A program made the translations under genes and the position numbers. The notes below the pieces were generated by a model, which was given only the letters and a program-made list of their open reading frames with translations, was not told where the DNA came from and made no database searches. A stretch of DNA of 63,719 bases, filler included, from Stramenopiles sp. TOSAG23-2 (lineage: Eukaryota), in NCBI GenBank assembly GCA_900128395.1. It is 9 parts of 9 records of this genome, joined end to end, with 100 filler letters (N's around TTAATTAATTAA, not from the genome) between each part and the next. Parts side by side here need not be neighbours in the genome. Positions count along the whole stretch, not along the records: positions 21,331 to 28,329 come from LT650373.1; positions 28,430 to 35,425 come from LT650374.1; 7 more parts are not named here. The stretch is one strand, 5' to 3'. The first letter of the stretch is position 1, and every line of letters begins with the position of its first letter. Of the stretch, positions 22,220-34,120 are shown piece by piece.

Positions 22220-23662
22220 CTACAAAGCCCATGATGGGTAAAATTCCAACAATTCATAATCGTCTTCCTCACTATTTTCATTTTTTTTCATTTTATTTTT
22301 TTGTTCTAACTTCAACTTCTGAAAACGATCTAATGAACTTTGTGGAACCGGTGGGATGGTATAATCATCATGTATTAACCTTTCCATACCAGCCCATGCT
22401 ACCATTGCTCCATTATCAGTACAATATTTTGGTGCTGGATAGATAATATCAATATTTAAATTTTCACATAAATCATTCAATTGATTTCGTAAATATTTAT
22501 TTGCAGCCACACCACCACAAACAACAATTGATGAAATATTATCATATTCCTTATCATTTTTACTATTTTTTTCACACATATTTACAGCATGTTCCAACCT
22601 GTTTTTTAAATGCGTTATTGCAGCTTTTTGAAATGATGCAGCAATATTTGCTTTAATTTCCATTTTTTTTATATTATCATTATTGCATTTATCCTTTAAC
22701 AATTTTTCCGTTGCATATTTTACAGATGTTTTTAATCCAGAAAATGAAAAATTACAATTTTTATGTTTAGCCAATGGTATTGGAAATTTAATAGAATCTT
22801 CATCTCCATCTATTGCTAATTTTTCAATAGCTGGACCACCACCATTTTCATTAAATCCAAGCCCTAAAAATCTAGCAACTTTATCAAATGCCTCGCCAAT
22901 TGAATCATCTAATGTTGCACCAAGTGTTTCAAAGCGACCTATTCCCTTTGCAACTAATAACATACAATGTCCACCTGATACTAATAATACAAGAAATGGA
23001 TATTTTAAATTATTATTATTACTATTAGTATCATTATTACTATTATCATTATCATCACCCGAAATAATCCGTTCTTGCTGCTGGTAGTTTTCTATACGTG
23101 CCATTAGAACATGTGCTTCTAAGTGATTTATGCGCATCAACGGTACATTTAAATCATTAGCAATTCTCGTTGCATGTCTCACTCCAACATTTAAACACAT
23201 TGCTAAGCCAGGACCAGCAGTAACTGCTACTGCATCAATGTTATTATTATTGATATCATAGGAATATTTCTGTTTATATTCTGATATTACTTGATTATAT
23301 ACATGTTGAAAATTATTTTCATGTGCTCTCGCAGCCATCAATGGGTAGACGCCACCATATTGCTCATGTACATCCCATTGCGATGATAAACCTTCAGCTA
23401 AAATTGTTCCATGTTCATCTACAATTGCTATTCCAGTATCATCACAACTTGTTTCAATTCCCAAGACATGACGTAATTTGTTATTATTATTATTTTTTTT
23501 CACTGTATGTATTTTCGCAGATTTTATATTGCATCGTAATATTTTACGTGCCATGCGCTTCATTGTATGACGTAATTTGTTATTATTATTATTTTTTTTC
23601 ACTGTATGTATTTTCGCAGATTTTATATTGCATCGTAATATTTTACGTGCCATGCGCTTCAT
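22220..23662 (-). CDS. OSGEPL1: Mitochondrial-type tRNA N6-adenosine threonylcarbamoyltransferase (TsaD/Qri7/OSGEPL1)
   Basis: VLGIETSCDDTG, HLEAH, LLVSGGH, DDSIGEAFDKVAR, FSFSGLKT, GGVAAN and CTDNGAMVAW. The 33-aa presequence is duplicated by an exact 99-bp repeat (23468-23667). Confidence 0.93.
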   Translation of the reverse strand: MKRMARKILRCNIKSAKIHTVKKNNNNNKLRHTMKRMARKILRCNIKSAKIHTVKKNNNNNKLRHVLGIETSCDDTGIAIVDEHGTILAEGLSSQWDVHEQYGGVYPLMAARAHENNFQHVYNQVISEYKQKYSYDINNNNIDAVAVTAGPGLAMCLNVGVRHATRIANDLNVPLMRINHLEAHVLMARIENYQQQERIISGDDNDNSNNDTNSNNNNLKYPFLVLLVSGGHCMLLVAKGIGRFETLGATLDDSIGEAFDKVARFLGLGFNENGGGPAIEKLAIDGDEDSIKFPIPLAKHKNCNFSFSGLKTSVKYATEKLLKDKCNNDNIKKMEIKANIAASFQKAAITHLKNRLEHAVNMCEKNSKNDKEYDNISSIVVCGGVAANKYLRNQLNDLCENLNIDIIYPAPKYCTDNGAMVAWAGMERLIHDDYTIPPVPQSSLDRFQKLKLEQKNKMKKNENSEEDDYELLEFYPSWAL

Positions 23663-24192
23663 TGTATCAAAATACGAGGGTGTTACATTTCTTTTACTTT
23701 GCGTGTAACATTTGGTGCGTTAGGAGAAAAAATTAGTTTGATTGTTTGACTGTGTATAATTAATATTGAATTGTAACATTCTACAGGTATCGAGACGTGT
23801 ATAATACATGTATTCTCTTGTTGTATAATATATAATATCAGAGGCATAGTCTACCAGGCATAGGTCTACTATATACAGTAGGTATAGCAATAGTCCGGAT
23901 TGTGCTGGATTGCCAGATTGGTTGATTGGTTCAGCCAGCATGCATTAACATGAAATTAGTACGTATGCCCAGCTGGACAGCATTATACAGCCACCGGCAC
24001 ATTAACATGCGCATCCAGCCGCCATCCATAATAATAATGTATGATGATATTTTATTAGTTGCCATATAGTATTAAGCTACATATATATATATATTTATAA
24101 TTCTATACGTATCCATATAAATCCTGTCTATTTATAAAACAATAATAAATAAAGAAAAGAAGAAAGACAAGATCAGAAAAGGAAAATTGCTT

Positions 24193-24561
24193 ATGAGGCT
24201 TATCACGCATAATATGTTGCGATGCAACGTGAAAGGAGTTAAAAATGGATATCCATTAAAAATTGAAGCGGAGAAAGTAGAAAATGTTGAAGCTGAGTTT
24301 AATCCTGATTTTGTTACACGTATGTTGCCAAAACTAGAATGGTCGGCGTTAGTAAAAGCTGCAAAAGAGCTAGGTGCTGGTGATTTACCTTCAGAATTGA
24401 CGGAAAGCATGGCAACGGATGAGACATTTTTGAAAAAGTTACACCATATATTGTTAGAAGTGAGACTTATTGAAGGTGCACTAGTTTGTCCTGAATCTGG
24501 TAGAAAATTTCCTGTAAAAAATAGTATTCCAAATATGTTATTAAATGAAGATGAAGTATGA
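24193..24561 (+). CDS. TRM112: Methyltransferase activator subunit TRM112
   Basis: MRLITHNML.CNVKGVKNGYPL...LHHILLEV...EGALVCPESGRKFPV..SIPNMLLNEDEV. Ends in TGA. Confidence 0.97.
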   Translation: MRLITHNMLRCNVKGVKNGYPLKIEAEKVENVEAEFNPDFVTRMLPKLEWSALVKAAKELGAGDLPSELTESMATDETFLKKLHHILLEVRLIEGALVCPESGRKFPVKNSIPNMLLNEDEV

Positions 24562-24953
24562 TTTCGCCTATATGTTACAAACTTCGTATTGCGAATAAAT
24601 GTATAAAATGAAAATTTCTAAAATATGTAAAATATATAATATATACACAGTATTATATATATATACGAAGCGTACGAATATATATATATTTTAAATTTAA
24701 TAATATTAAAATGCATGAGATGTGCAGATATATCAGTACGTATAATATATGATATAATAATACCTGGTATATGCCTACCAGCCTACTATTGTGTGGGTGT
24801 ACTATACTTTTTCATATTTTAATTTTAAAAAAGAACTAAAATACTGGACCCATAGAATCTTCATTCATATGCTCTAAAGATTCTAAACCATTATCTGGTG
24901 TCGCTGGCTTATCTTCTTTTTCTTTTTCTACTTTCTTTTTTTTTAAAAAAGAA

Positions 24954-26832
24954 CTAAAATACTGGACCCATAGAATCTTCATTCATATGCTCTAAAGATT
25001 CTAAACCATTATCTGGTGTTGCTGGCTTATCTTCTTTTTCTACTTTCTTTTTTTCTTCTTCCGCTTTTTTCAATACTTCTTCATGCTTTGTTGCTTGTTC
25101 CGCTTTTGATTTTGCAGCTTCTTCTTTTGTAGCTTCTTCTTTTGCTTTCGCTTTAGCCTTTTTAGCTGCTTCCTCTGCCATATTAGTTTTTTTCTTTTCT
25201 GCTTGTTCTTCTAATTTTTCAACTAACTTATCTGCCTCTTCCTTTTTCTTCTTTTCCAACTCAGCTACACGATCAGCTTCAACTTTCTTCTCATGAGCTT
25301 CTCGTATTTTCTCTCCACCTGCTGGTTTCTCTGGTTTCTCTGGTTTTTCCGCTTCATCGTTTTTCGTAGTTTTTTTCCATCTAGACGATCTAAAGTTTTT
25401 CTTAAAGCTACTCTTCAAGTTTTTAAACATTTTTGACATTGATTTTTTACCAATGACATGATCATTACCACCACCAGTTGGAAAAACGCCTTCATCATCC
25501 ATTTTACCACATACGCGGTCTTTGGATTCCGGAGTTGTCGGGTTACACTTTTTATTTTTGCACTGGCAATCACGATGGCAGCCTTTTCCTTCCTCTATAG
25601 TTTCGAAAGGTAAGCATACTTGCGGCCCAAGCTCATCAAAATCATCCGGAACTAATGGGCCACAACAAGCAGATCTACATTCACTTGATGTGGCACATGG
25701 ATTGCCTAAATGTATATCCCCAGTGCTACCTTTTGCTACTTGATCATCACCAACAATAGCAGCTTCCTCTTTATGATAAGCATCATCACTAAGTTTTTTT
25801 CTCAAAAATACTGCATCCTCAAGCTGTTGCCAGCATCGTTTCTCAGCAAAACATTCTTTTTCTACTTCACGTCCATATGAATCTAATTTATCTCTAAAAG
25901 ATTTACAATCCTCCTTGCATTTTGCATATTCGTTCAATTGATATTTTCTGAACTTCGCAAAAGAATTTTTACAACTAGCAGGACAACTGCCTGGAACTTC
26001 GATGTCGTCGTTTCCACCAGTTGCTGCTTCTACCCCACCCGATCCAGTTGCTGCTTGTACCCCACCCGATTCAGTCGCGGAACCTGTTCCCCCTTCCTCA
26101 CTCTCGGAATTTACAACTAGCAGGACAACTGCCTGGAACTTCGATGTCGTCGTTTCCACCAGTTGCTGCTTCTACCCCACCCGATCCAGTTGCTGCTTGT
26201 ACCCCACCCGATTCAGTCGCGGAACCTGTTCCCCCTTCCTCACTCTCGGAACCGGTGATTGATTTGTCGTCTGCTGGGCTTGCTATTACCTTGCCTGCAT
26301 CGGCAACTACTTCCTCTTGTTCTCCATTACGCAAGTTTTTATTAGCTGCATCTTCCGCGGAGGCCTTGCTTTTCGACAGTTTCTTTAATTTTTCCTCATT
26401 TTTTCCTTGTACCTCTTTTCCTGGCCGTGATTTGTCGTCTGCTGGGCTTGCTATTACCTTGCCTGCATCGGCAACTACTTCCTCTTGTTCTCCATTACGC
26501 AAGTTTTTATTAGCTGCATCTTCCGCGGAGGCCTTGCTTTTCGACAGTTTCTTTAATTTTTCCTCATTTTTTCCTTGTACCTCTTTTCCTGGCCGAATTT
26601 TAAGATCTGTAGCCATCTTGTCACCAGCTTTATTTCTCTGCCTATCAACTTCATCTGTAGAGCCGCCGCCAGTTGTCTTGCGTCTTTTGGTTTTCCTTCC
26701 TTTGAACCAAGAATCCCTACTATCAATGCTATGGCTATCTATTGGAAAAGACAAAAGTATTGCTACAACAAACAACAATAGGGTACTATATACAAAGAAA
26801 TTTATTTTTTTAAAAGACATAATGATTATCAA
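24954..26832 (-). CDS. Secreted low-complexity protein with Cys-rich modules and charged coiled-coil tail, frameshifted by a 142-bp duplication
   Basis: Signal-like N-terminus in ORF 26098..26832. In-frame 168-bp repeat at 26260-26595. The 142-bp repeat (units at 25968 and 26110) shifts into ORF 24954..26159, which has CATSSECRSACC and GCHRDCQCKNKKC. The gene 3' end is also copied ~118 bp downstream. Confidence 0.65.
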
Positions 26833-27464
26833 AATGTACTGTTAGAATATATATCTACGATGTAAATATTCATAAGGGCTTCCAGATAAATGTATTATTA
26901 GTAAAGTGTATGACATATATTTATATATAATAATACATACTGGCATACTCTATATATGGCAATGTATAATAATTATTAATATTATTATTATATTGCACTA
27001 TTATTATTATGGTGTTAGTAAAGTGTATGACATATATTTATATATAATAATACATACTGGCATACTCTAATATTATTAATAATATTATTGCACTATTATT
27101 ATTTATTATGATCAACTTTAAACTTAGCTAATAATAATTTTATACCTGGTAGTCTATAATCAGGTATACACCGTACCAATAACTATGAAATAATAAGCTA
27201 CAGGTTATAAGTAAGTTCGTAATAAAGCTCCAATTAGCTCTATACTCTTAAAGCTTTTACCAGCAAAGTAATAACAAGTATACTCTACTTTAACTTACAT
27301 ACATGCTATATACTTTTGTACCTGGTAATAGTATAGCGTATAGCTACCCCCTCTAAATTGATACAACTTCGTTTTTCGTTCGTCTAATTTAACATAAAGC
27401 ACAGTATAAAAACCAGCAAAAAACGAGGTGGAAAAAAATGAAGGAGGAAGAAAAAGAGGTTGTG

Positions 27465-27686
27465 TTATGCTATGCTGCGGTTCGTAATGCTATCCTATGC
27501 TAATGGGAAAAGGAAGATCAAGGAAAAGAAAACCACCAGGGCGAAAAAAAAACGGGGGGGAGCTACAGACTTTTCTTATGCTATGCTGCGGTTCGTAATG
27601 CTATCCTATGCTAATGGGAAAAGGAAGATCAAGGAAAAGAAAACCACCAGGGCGAAAAAAAAACGGGGGGGAGCAACAGACTTTTC
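27465..27686. repeat. 111-bp tandem duplication (another of ~118 bp at 26898-27110)
   Basis: TTATGCTATGCTGCGGTTCG... starts at 27465 and 27576. Confidence 0.92.
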
Positions 27687-27904
27687 AGTAGGGACACAGC
27701 AGTAGAAAAAGTATTAGTAAAAAAAATTCCTATTTCAACACTACTGTACAAATAAACACTTAGTGCTTTTGATCCTTTTTTTAATGGTTTGTAATAAATA
27801 TCTTGTATATATATATAATATTAATACATATATATAATGTATACATAAGTACATCATTTAAACATAATAGGATTTAATTAAATAGTTATTGATAGGAGTA
27901 GATT

Positions 27905-28329
27905 ATGACATTCGTCGAAGACTTGGAAAAGAGGATGGCGATGAAGCCTATCATTTTTGTTCTTTTGATATTATGCTTGTATCTACAAAATGGTGTATCA
28001 GTAAAGATTAATCATAAGCGACAAAAATATCTTACCAATAGTGAGTTTTTTCAAATGGAAGAATTAAATGATGATAAACATATGGTTTCCCAGAAAGCGA
28101 CAAAAATATCTTACCAATAGTGAGTTTTTTCAAATGGAAGAATTAAATATTGATAAACAAATGGTTTTCCAGAGAGGAGAAGGAGAGGTGGGCCCTAAAA
28201 CAGTAGCAACAACCCCAACAGTAGCAGAAGCAACACCCTCAACAGTAGCAGAAGCAAAAGCCGTAACTGGATCAACGGGAGCAACAGGAGCAACATCGCC
28301 AACTAAAGGTGCAAGTGGCATCACTAGTT
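27905..28329 (+). CDS. 5' part of a secreted Thr/Gly/Ala-rich protein, frameshifted by a 79-bp diverged duplication, truncated at contig end
   Basis: MKPIIFVLLILCLYLQNGVS signal. Repeat units at 28016 and 28095. Continues as TVAEA...TGSTGATGAT in another frame. Confidence 0.55.
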
Positions 28330-28429
28330 NNNNNNNNNNNNNNNNNNNNNNNNNNNNNNNNNNNNNNNNNNNNTTAATTAATTAANNNNNNNNNNNNNNN
28401 NNNNNNNNNNNNNNNNNNNNNNNNNNNNN
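28330..28429. other. Artificial contig linker
   Basis: 44N-TTAATTAATTAA-44N. Confidence 0.98.
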
Positions 28430-28857
28430 ATATATTTTTATAGGTAATCTAGTAAGTAACATATTCTATCACACGAGGCGGCTAAGTATAAATTCTATCC
28501 TCTATCCTGAATCCCTGAGTAGTTCCCAAATACAAAAGCTGCATCCACGGTGATAGGCCACAATGATGTGTTGATGTTATTATTTAGCAAGTGGTAGCAT
28601 GCCCAGCTCCAGGCAAAATATCGCTATTAGTAGTGTTATAGTAGTATTGTGCTATATATTATGTATATTATTGAAATTATAGACCATCAGTGCATCACAT
28701 GAAGACGACATGAAGACATGAAGACACATGAATAACTACTGTACATATTGATGATTGAATGTGTGAGTGCTTTCCCAAAAAAAATATAGAAATGGACAAG
28801 AAAAAACTTTAGTGTACCTGAATGATAGTATCACTTAACAACACTTAATATATAACA

Positions 28858-30303
28858 ATGATGATGGATCCATTTGACAATAATGAAGAGCAAATACCAG
28901 AGGAAGAAGAGGAATACCAATTTATATTGCGCTTGCCACCACATTTAGCTGCAAAAATAAATAAAGCATATAAAAAAAAGACAGGAACAAATGAGGAGGA
29001 GGAAGACAACGATGATAATAACAATAACAAAAACGTTGATGGTAGTAATAACGATACAACCAATCTGAATGGAAATAATAATGAGGATCAAGAAACAAAA
29101 GATCAACCGCAAAAAATGCAAGAGGAAGATGATGAAGATCTAGAATATTGGATTGAATACGATGGAAAAGATTATGATAAAGATAGTGGTTTACAAGATA
29201 GAAAATTTATATTTTATTATGGGGAGGAACAATATGATGCCATATTAATGGATTTACCAACGATAACTGAATCATACAAAACGTTAGATAATAAAAATTT
29301 GTACAAATCAAATAATATTTGACAAGTCTTAGAAGTTGCATCGACACCACGGGTGATGGATCCAGAAACAAAAACATATCCACAAATTGAAAAGCCAAAT
29401 AAATTATTTTGTGAAGATGGTATATCCCGTGCTAGTGAAAATATATATGAGCGTTTCCATGAACCAGCAAGGAAATTAATATATGGCCAAGGGGGGGAGT
29501 ATCCAAGTTATAAAACTGCAATGAAAGCACAAGAAATCTTAAAATCATGGCTTGAAGATAAGTCACGTACCATAGTAAGGGAAGAATTAGTAGTAAAATC
29601 ATCCACTGATACATACATGCGTGATGGTTTTACATATGATTTAGTTGATCAAGATGGTGAATATCCATTAGATGGTGAATTGTTTGATGATGAAATGCTG
29701 AAAAATATATGCGAACGTATATGGGAAGATGGAAAAGATGATCGTAGAAGAATAAAAGAGGAGAAAGAAGCTGCAAAACATGCTGCTCTCCAATTGCAAT
29801 TCGATCAAAAAAGAAAGATGGAGGAAGAAGCCGCGGCAAAGAAATTGCCAAATATAACAAATAGCGCAAAAGATGTTAAACAACAGAAAGATGGAACAAT
29901 CAAGAAAGCATCTATTAAATCAAATAATAATAATAATAATAATAATACGACTGCTACTGTTGTTAATAATAATAATACAAACAAAACAAATGCACCATTA
30001 CCAGAAAAACAAGAAAATACTAATAATATGAATACAAATGATACTCAACAACAAAAAGTAGAAACTGAAGATGATGGTGGTTGGAATTTAGATTTTAATG
30101 ATGGTTTAGGTGATGGTTTAGATTTCAATGACGATGATTTGGATGGTATGTTGAGCGATGGTGACATGGACTTTGCTGAAGAAGGAAATACGCTTGGTGG
30201 TTTTAATTTGGATCCTACAACTAATAATGAGGATGATGATGAAGAGGAAGAAGAGGAGGAAGATGATGATGATGAAGAAGTTGATGCTGAAGATTTCATG
30301 TAA
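28858..30303 (+). CDS. TAF7: TFIID subunit 7 (TAFII55 N-terminal domain) interrupted by one in-frame TGA at 29320-29322
   Basis: EYQFILRLPP...YDAILMDLPTITESYKTLDNKNLYKSNNI*QVLEV...DGIS..SENIYERF. ORFs 28858..29322 and 29353..30303 share one frame. Confidence 0.85.
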
Positions 30304-30420
30304 AAAAAATTTATATATATATATATATATATATTACGAGTGTATGATATTTAAATAATTAACATGTGTGTGTCGGTATGTATGATATTTAAAATATTTT
30401 TTTTTTTAATATGTCATATA

Positions 30421-31922
30421 TGACCCATAACAGATAAGATCAGGAGGATCAATAAAAAAAAGTAGTATATAATAGGTAAAAAATATAGTATAAACTTCGT
30501 ACTCTAAAGTATATCATAAAATAAATTTTACTATTATTTAAATTCACATCTAAGTTTTATCTTACAAAAAAATATCAAACACACACACACAGCAACATGT
30601 TGCACACTAATTTAATTCACGACGGCAATAATATTTTCCTTCTGCAAGATCAAAGCCTAGTTTTTTTCCCTCATACTCTGCTTTCTCATGTTGATATGCC
30701 TCTAACGCTAAGTCTGCCTTGTATGTTTTTATATATTGATTATCATTTCTATCTTCAGTGTAATTTAAGAATGAACGTAAAAATGAAACATCAAATGTTT
30801 GCCAATATATTTTCCTTGGATCAACTTCTTCTGCACTTTTATTCTGACCAAACCATGCTTTGATTCTTTCTTCAGACAAAGCATTACCATAAGTATTTTC
30901 TTTCAAACAAGTAAATACTAAATTACCAATTGAACCATCATCATTATTGCAATGACGGATGGTTTTCATTTCATCTGCAATACCTTTAAACGTTTTACGA
31001 TCTTCCAAATTTATAATATTCATTGGAGTTAGGGTCAGCCACATCTTCTACAACCCATCCTTCAAAATTTTCAGCACGTGAATCAGCTGTTGGTTCTTCT
31101 GGTGGTATATCCACTGCTGGTACTACTACATTTGCCGCATCTTCTAAATTATCATCTTGTATATTATTATCATCATCTACTTCCATTGCTTCTTCCTCTA
31201 CTTCATCTGGCTTTTTAACTGAGAAAGCACCTCTCATGCAAAATGGTAAACAGTGATTATCTAATGTAAGTTCATCAATAAAATCTGTTTTCAAAAAGAT
31301 TTCATAATTTTTAATGATATCTGTCATTTCTGTAAAAGTAGATTCTGGCATACTTGTACATTCATGCAATTTTTTAACATCTTCTTCACATACATCACAA
31401 TATTCATAACGTGTTGGCATACTAAAAAATAATAATGAGGATTAAAAAACGTGCAACAATATAATCTTCGCCGTTTCTTTAGATACGAACCTAATTCTTT
31501 TTGCAAACGCTAGCCAATATGATTCTTTATGCCTGTATACATTGTCCCGGTTTCTATCGAAAATTTGGAACGGTGTAAAAAGTGTGTGACTTAGAAAGTT
31601 TGTTTTTGTTTTTTATATTTTTTTTTTCATCATGAAAGTGATTAATAAAATTGAAAATTTGAAATTCGGTGGTCCAGGAATCTAACCAGGCATAAACGAT
31701 TATATGACGATTTCCGGCATAAAATTATAGATAGTGAATCGATCTAGTTTTGAAGATTATATTGTTGAAAATTTTTTGCTCCTCAGAGACATGATTATAC
31801 GGAAAGAGCTTAAAAATATGTAGAAATAGCATATAAATACCATTAAAAATTATGTAAAACTAGTTACTATGTAATATTATGGTCTTTTTTATATTCCTCC
31901 TGATCTTATCTGTTATGGGTCA
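30421..31922. mobile_element. 1.5-kb TIR-bounded element (probably non-autonomous DNA transposon) with TG...CA ends flanked by TATA
   Basis: TATA-TGACCCATAACAGATAAGATCAGGAGGA (30417-30448) is the exact reverse complement of TCCTCCTGATCTTATCTGTTATGGGTCA-TATA (31895-31926). Confidence 0.8.
30607..31420 (-). CDS. Hypothetical cargo protein inside the TIR element, split by a one-base frameshift near 31005
   Basis: Overlapping ORFs 30995..31420 (CDVC...HEC, acidic linker) and 30607..31044. Removing one G in AAATTTGGAAGATCGT fuses them. Confidence 0.5.
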
Positions 31923-32109
31923 TATAATATATTTTAAATATATATTATCAGTAGTAATATTTAAAATAAATATTAGTTAATATTAAATATTTATTTTTAC
32001 GTCGTAGTTGCTTTTTAAATATAATGTGCATAAACATTATTTTATATATATTTTTAGAATCTATAAAATATTAAAAGATAAAAATATTATATCATATATA
32101 AAATACTGA

Positions 32110-32200
32110 GAGATAAATTATTTCAGTTATTGAGTATTCTTTTGAAGAGTAGGAATTATCATTTGAGTAAATTAAAACAATAAATTATGCGTAAATTAAT
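32110..32200. repeat. Dispersed AT-rich element, copy 2
   Basis: Collinear similarity to 9819-9930. Confidence 0.75.
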
Positions 32201-32412
32201 ATTGTACTGTATATATAATATATATTTTATATAAATAAAATATGCATACTTTAAAGTTTTAATAAAAATACATGATGTGAGATCTGTTCTCTTTTGTGCA
32301 ATTTCATATGATGCATTAAATCCTTTTTTAAAAAATATATGTGTCCCTCAATATAGTTTTTCTCTCCCCTCTCTCTGTTGGTGTTTTTTTGATTTTATTA
32401 CGAGCTCGTATA

Positions 32413-33117
32413 TTACAACGCTTCATCAAGGTAATCTTTAATTTCTGATGGTGTCAATTGTTTGAATTGCCTATTTGTTTGATCACCAATAATACCAATT
32501 TCAATGTTTTCCTCATTCATTTCACCTTCAAAACTTTCTTTCAATGTTAACAATGCAACATGAATCGCATCTTCCAACTCCATCTCTTCATTATAACGTT
32601 TTTCCAAGAATGTCTTTGCATTTACAAAATTTTTCCCAATAGCAGTAGCTTTCCATTCCAAACAAATACCAGATGGATCGATTTGATATAATTGTGGACC
32701 TTTGTCATCATAACCACATGTTAATACGGAGACACCAAAAGGTCGTACTCCACCTGCTTGTGTACATTCTTGCATAAGATCTGCCGTATCACTAACTACT
32801 TGGTTCATTGGCTGATGCTCGTGGTATACGCGATAATATGCTTGTGCATTTTTACGCGCTTTGCGGACAAGCACACGGAAATCTGGCCCCATGCCTGCAT
32901 ATACCATACCACTTTGATCTGTAATATTTTGTATTTTTTGAAAAGATGAGTCGTCAATTAAATCAGTTGGAATTTTCTTATCCGTCGCTATAACAACGCC
33001 ATTCGTTGCACGTATACCAATTGCTGGTTTCCCTTTGTTGACCGCTTTTAAGGCATATTCTATTTGCAATAGTTTGCCTGTAGGGCTAAATGTAGTTAAT
33101 GAGAATTCAAAAGACAT
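32413..33117 (-). CDS. PSMA2: 20S proteasome subunit alpha type-2
   Basis: [67 protein letters not shown] and [19 protein letters not shown]. Confidence 0.97.
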   Translation of the reverse strand: MSFEFSLTTFSPTGKLLQIEYALKAVNKGKPAIGIRATNGVVIATDKKIPTDLIDDSSFQKIQNITDQSGMVYAGMGPDFRVLVRKARKNAQAYYRVYHEHQPMNQVVSDTADLMQECTQAGGVRPFGVSVLTCGYDDKGPQLYQIDPSGICLEWKATAIGKNFVNAKTFLEKRYNEEMELEDAIHVALLTLKESFEGEMNEENIEIGIIGDQTNRQFKQLTPSEIKDYLDEAL

Positions 33118-33210
33118 TTAATATATGTTGATAGAAAAATGTGTTCGTAGGATATCTAGATATATGAACTAAAAAAAAAAAGTTTCAAAATCAATTTCAC
33201 TTATATCTAA

Positions 33211-33247
33211 NNNNNNNNNNNNNNNNNNNNNNNNNNNNNNNNNNNNN
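33211..33247. other. Within-scaffold gap (37 N, no linker)
   Basis: N run lacking TTAATTAATTAA. Confidence 0.95.
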
Positions 33248-33914
33248 AAACAACTATATATATTTTGACTAAGTATATGTATATATGTATATGTGTATAT
33301 ATATATGTATGTATAATACACAAAGAACAACAATCAAACCGTAAGTAAATTGTACTTCAAAGTTAAGTAACTGCTTTAAATGTGAATATAATATTTTTGT
33401 ACATATATGACAATATCTATTATATAAAATATGATATTATTTTAATTTTCAAATCTATATATATATATCTTATAGTATACTGGTATACATCTAATACTCT
33501 TTTTATTAACTTTATTTTTTGACCATTTACTTGTATTATTGTACCAGTACAGTAGTCTTCTTAGACTATTCAATGTTTTTTTTTCTGGAATCATTCATTC
33601 TTTATTCATTTTTGATTTTTCCTCGAACTCTCGCCGCGAGATCCGAGATCCTCGACTCGATACGAGGATCCGGTTCTTTATAGTACGATATTTTATACGT
33701 GCATACTGTAAGGACGAATCATAAATCCTTAAATCAACGAGAGGTGAGAATTAAGGAGGTTTATCATTTAAGGGCTGGGAATTCTGGAATGTGCAGGGAC
33801 GTCTTCGAGAATTTTAACCACCTTCGTCTAGAACAACAATTCTTCGTTCAGAAATAAATGACCAGAAAAATACTATTTATGTTATGTTGTTAGTAGAAAA
33901 ATTCTATAATATTA

Positions 33915-34038
33915 TTATGCACATAAATGATAAGATGAAAGAGTGATACAACGAACCATTACAGAAGAATATAGAGTTATGCACATAAATGATAAGATGA
34001 AAGAGTGATACAACGAACCATTACAGAAGAATATAGAG
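33915..34038. repeat. 62-bp tandem duplication
   Basis: TTATGCACATAAATGATAAGATG... at 33915 and 33977. Confidence 0.92.
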
Positions 34039-34120
34039 AATTAATATTAATCATAATATTAATAGAAAACATAACTAGCGAGAAAGTATAATACACACAC
34101 ACACACACACACATATAAAA

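Noticed and set aside
24559..24561. Genome-wide UGA reassignment to explain TAF7
   Set aside because: TGA terminates TRM112 exactly at its conserved C-terminus (EDEV) and the GH16 at 36043, and TGG is used for Trp.
30340..30420. SECIS element for TAF7
   Set aside because: ATGA motifs are present, but I could not form the GA quartet plus helix II by eye. It needs SECISearch to exclude formally.
32413..33117. GUA Val-to-Ala codon reassignment driven by the variant tRNA
   Set aside because: GTA encodes invariant Val residues in PSMA2 (GGVRPFG, GMVYAG).
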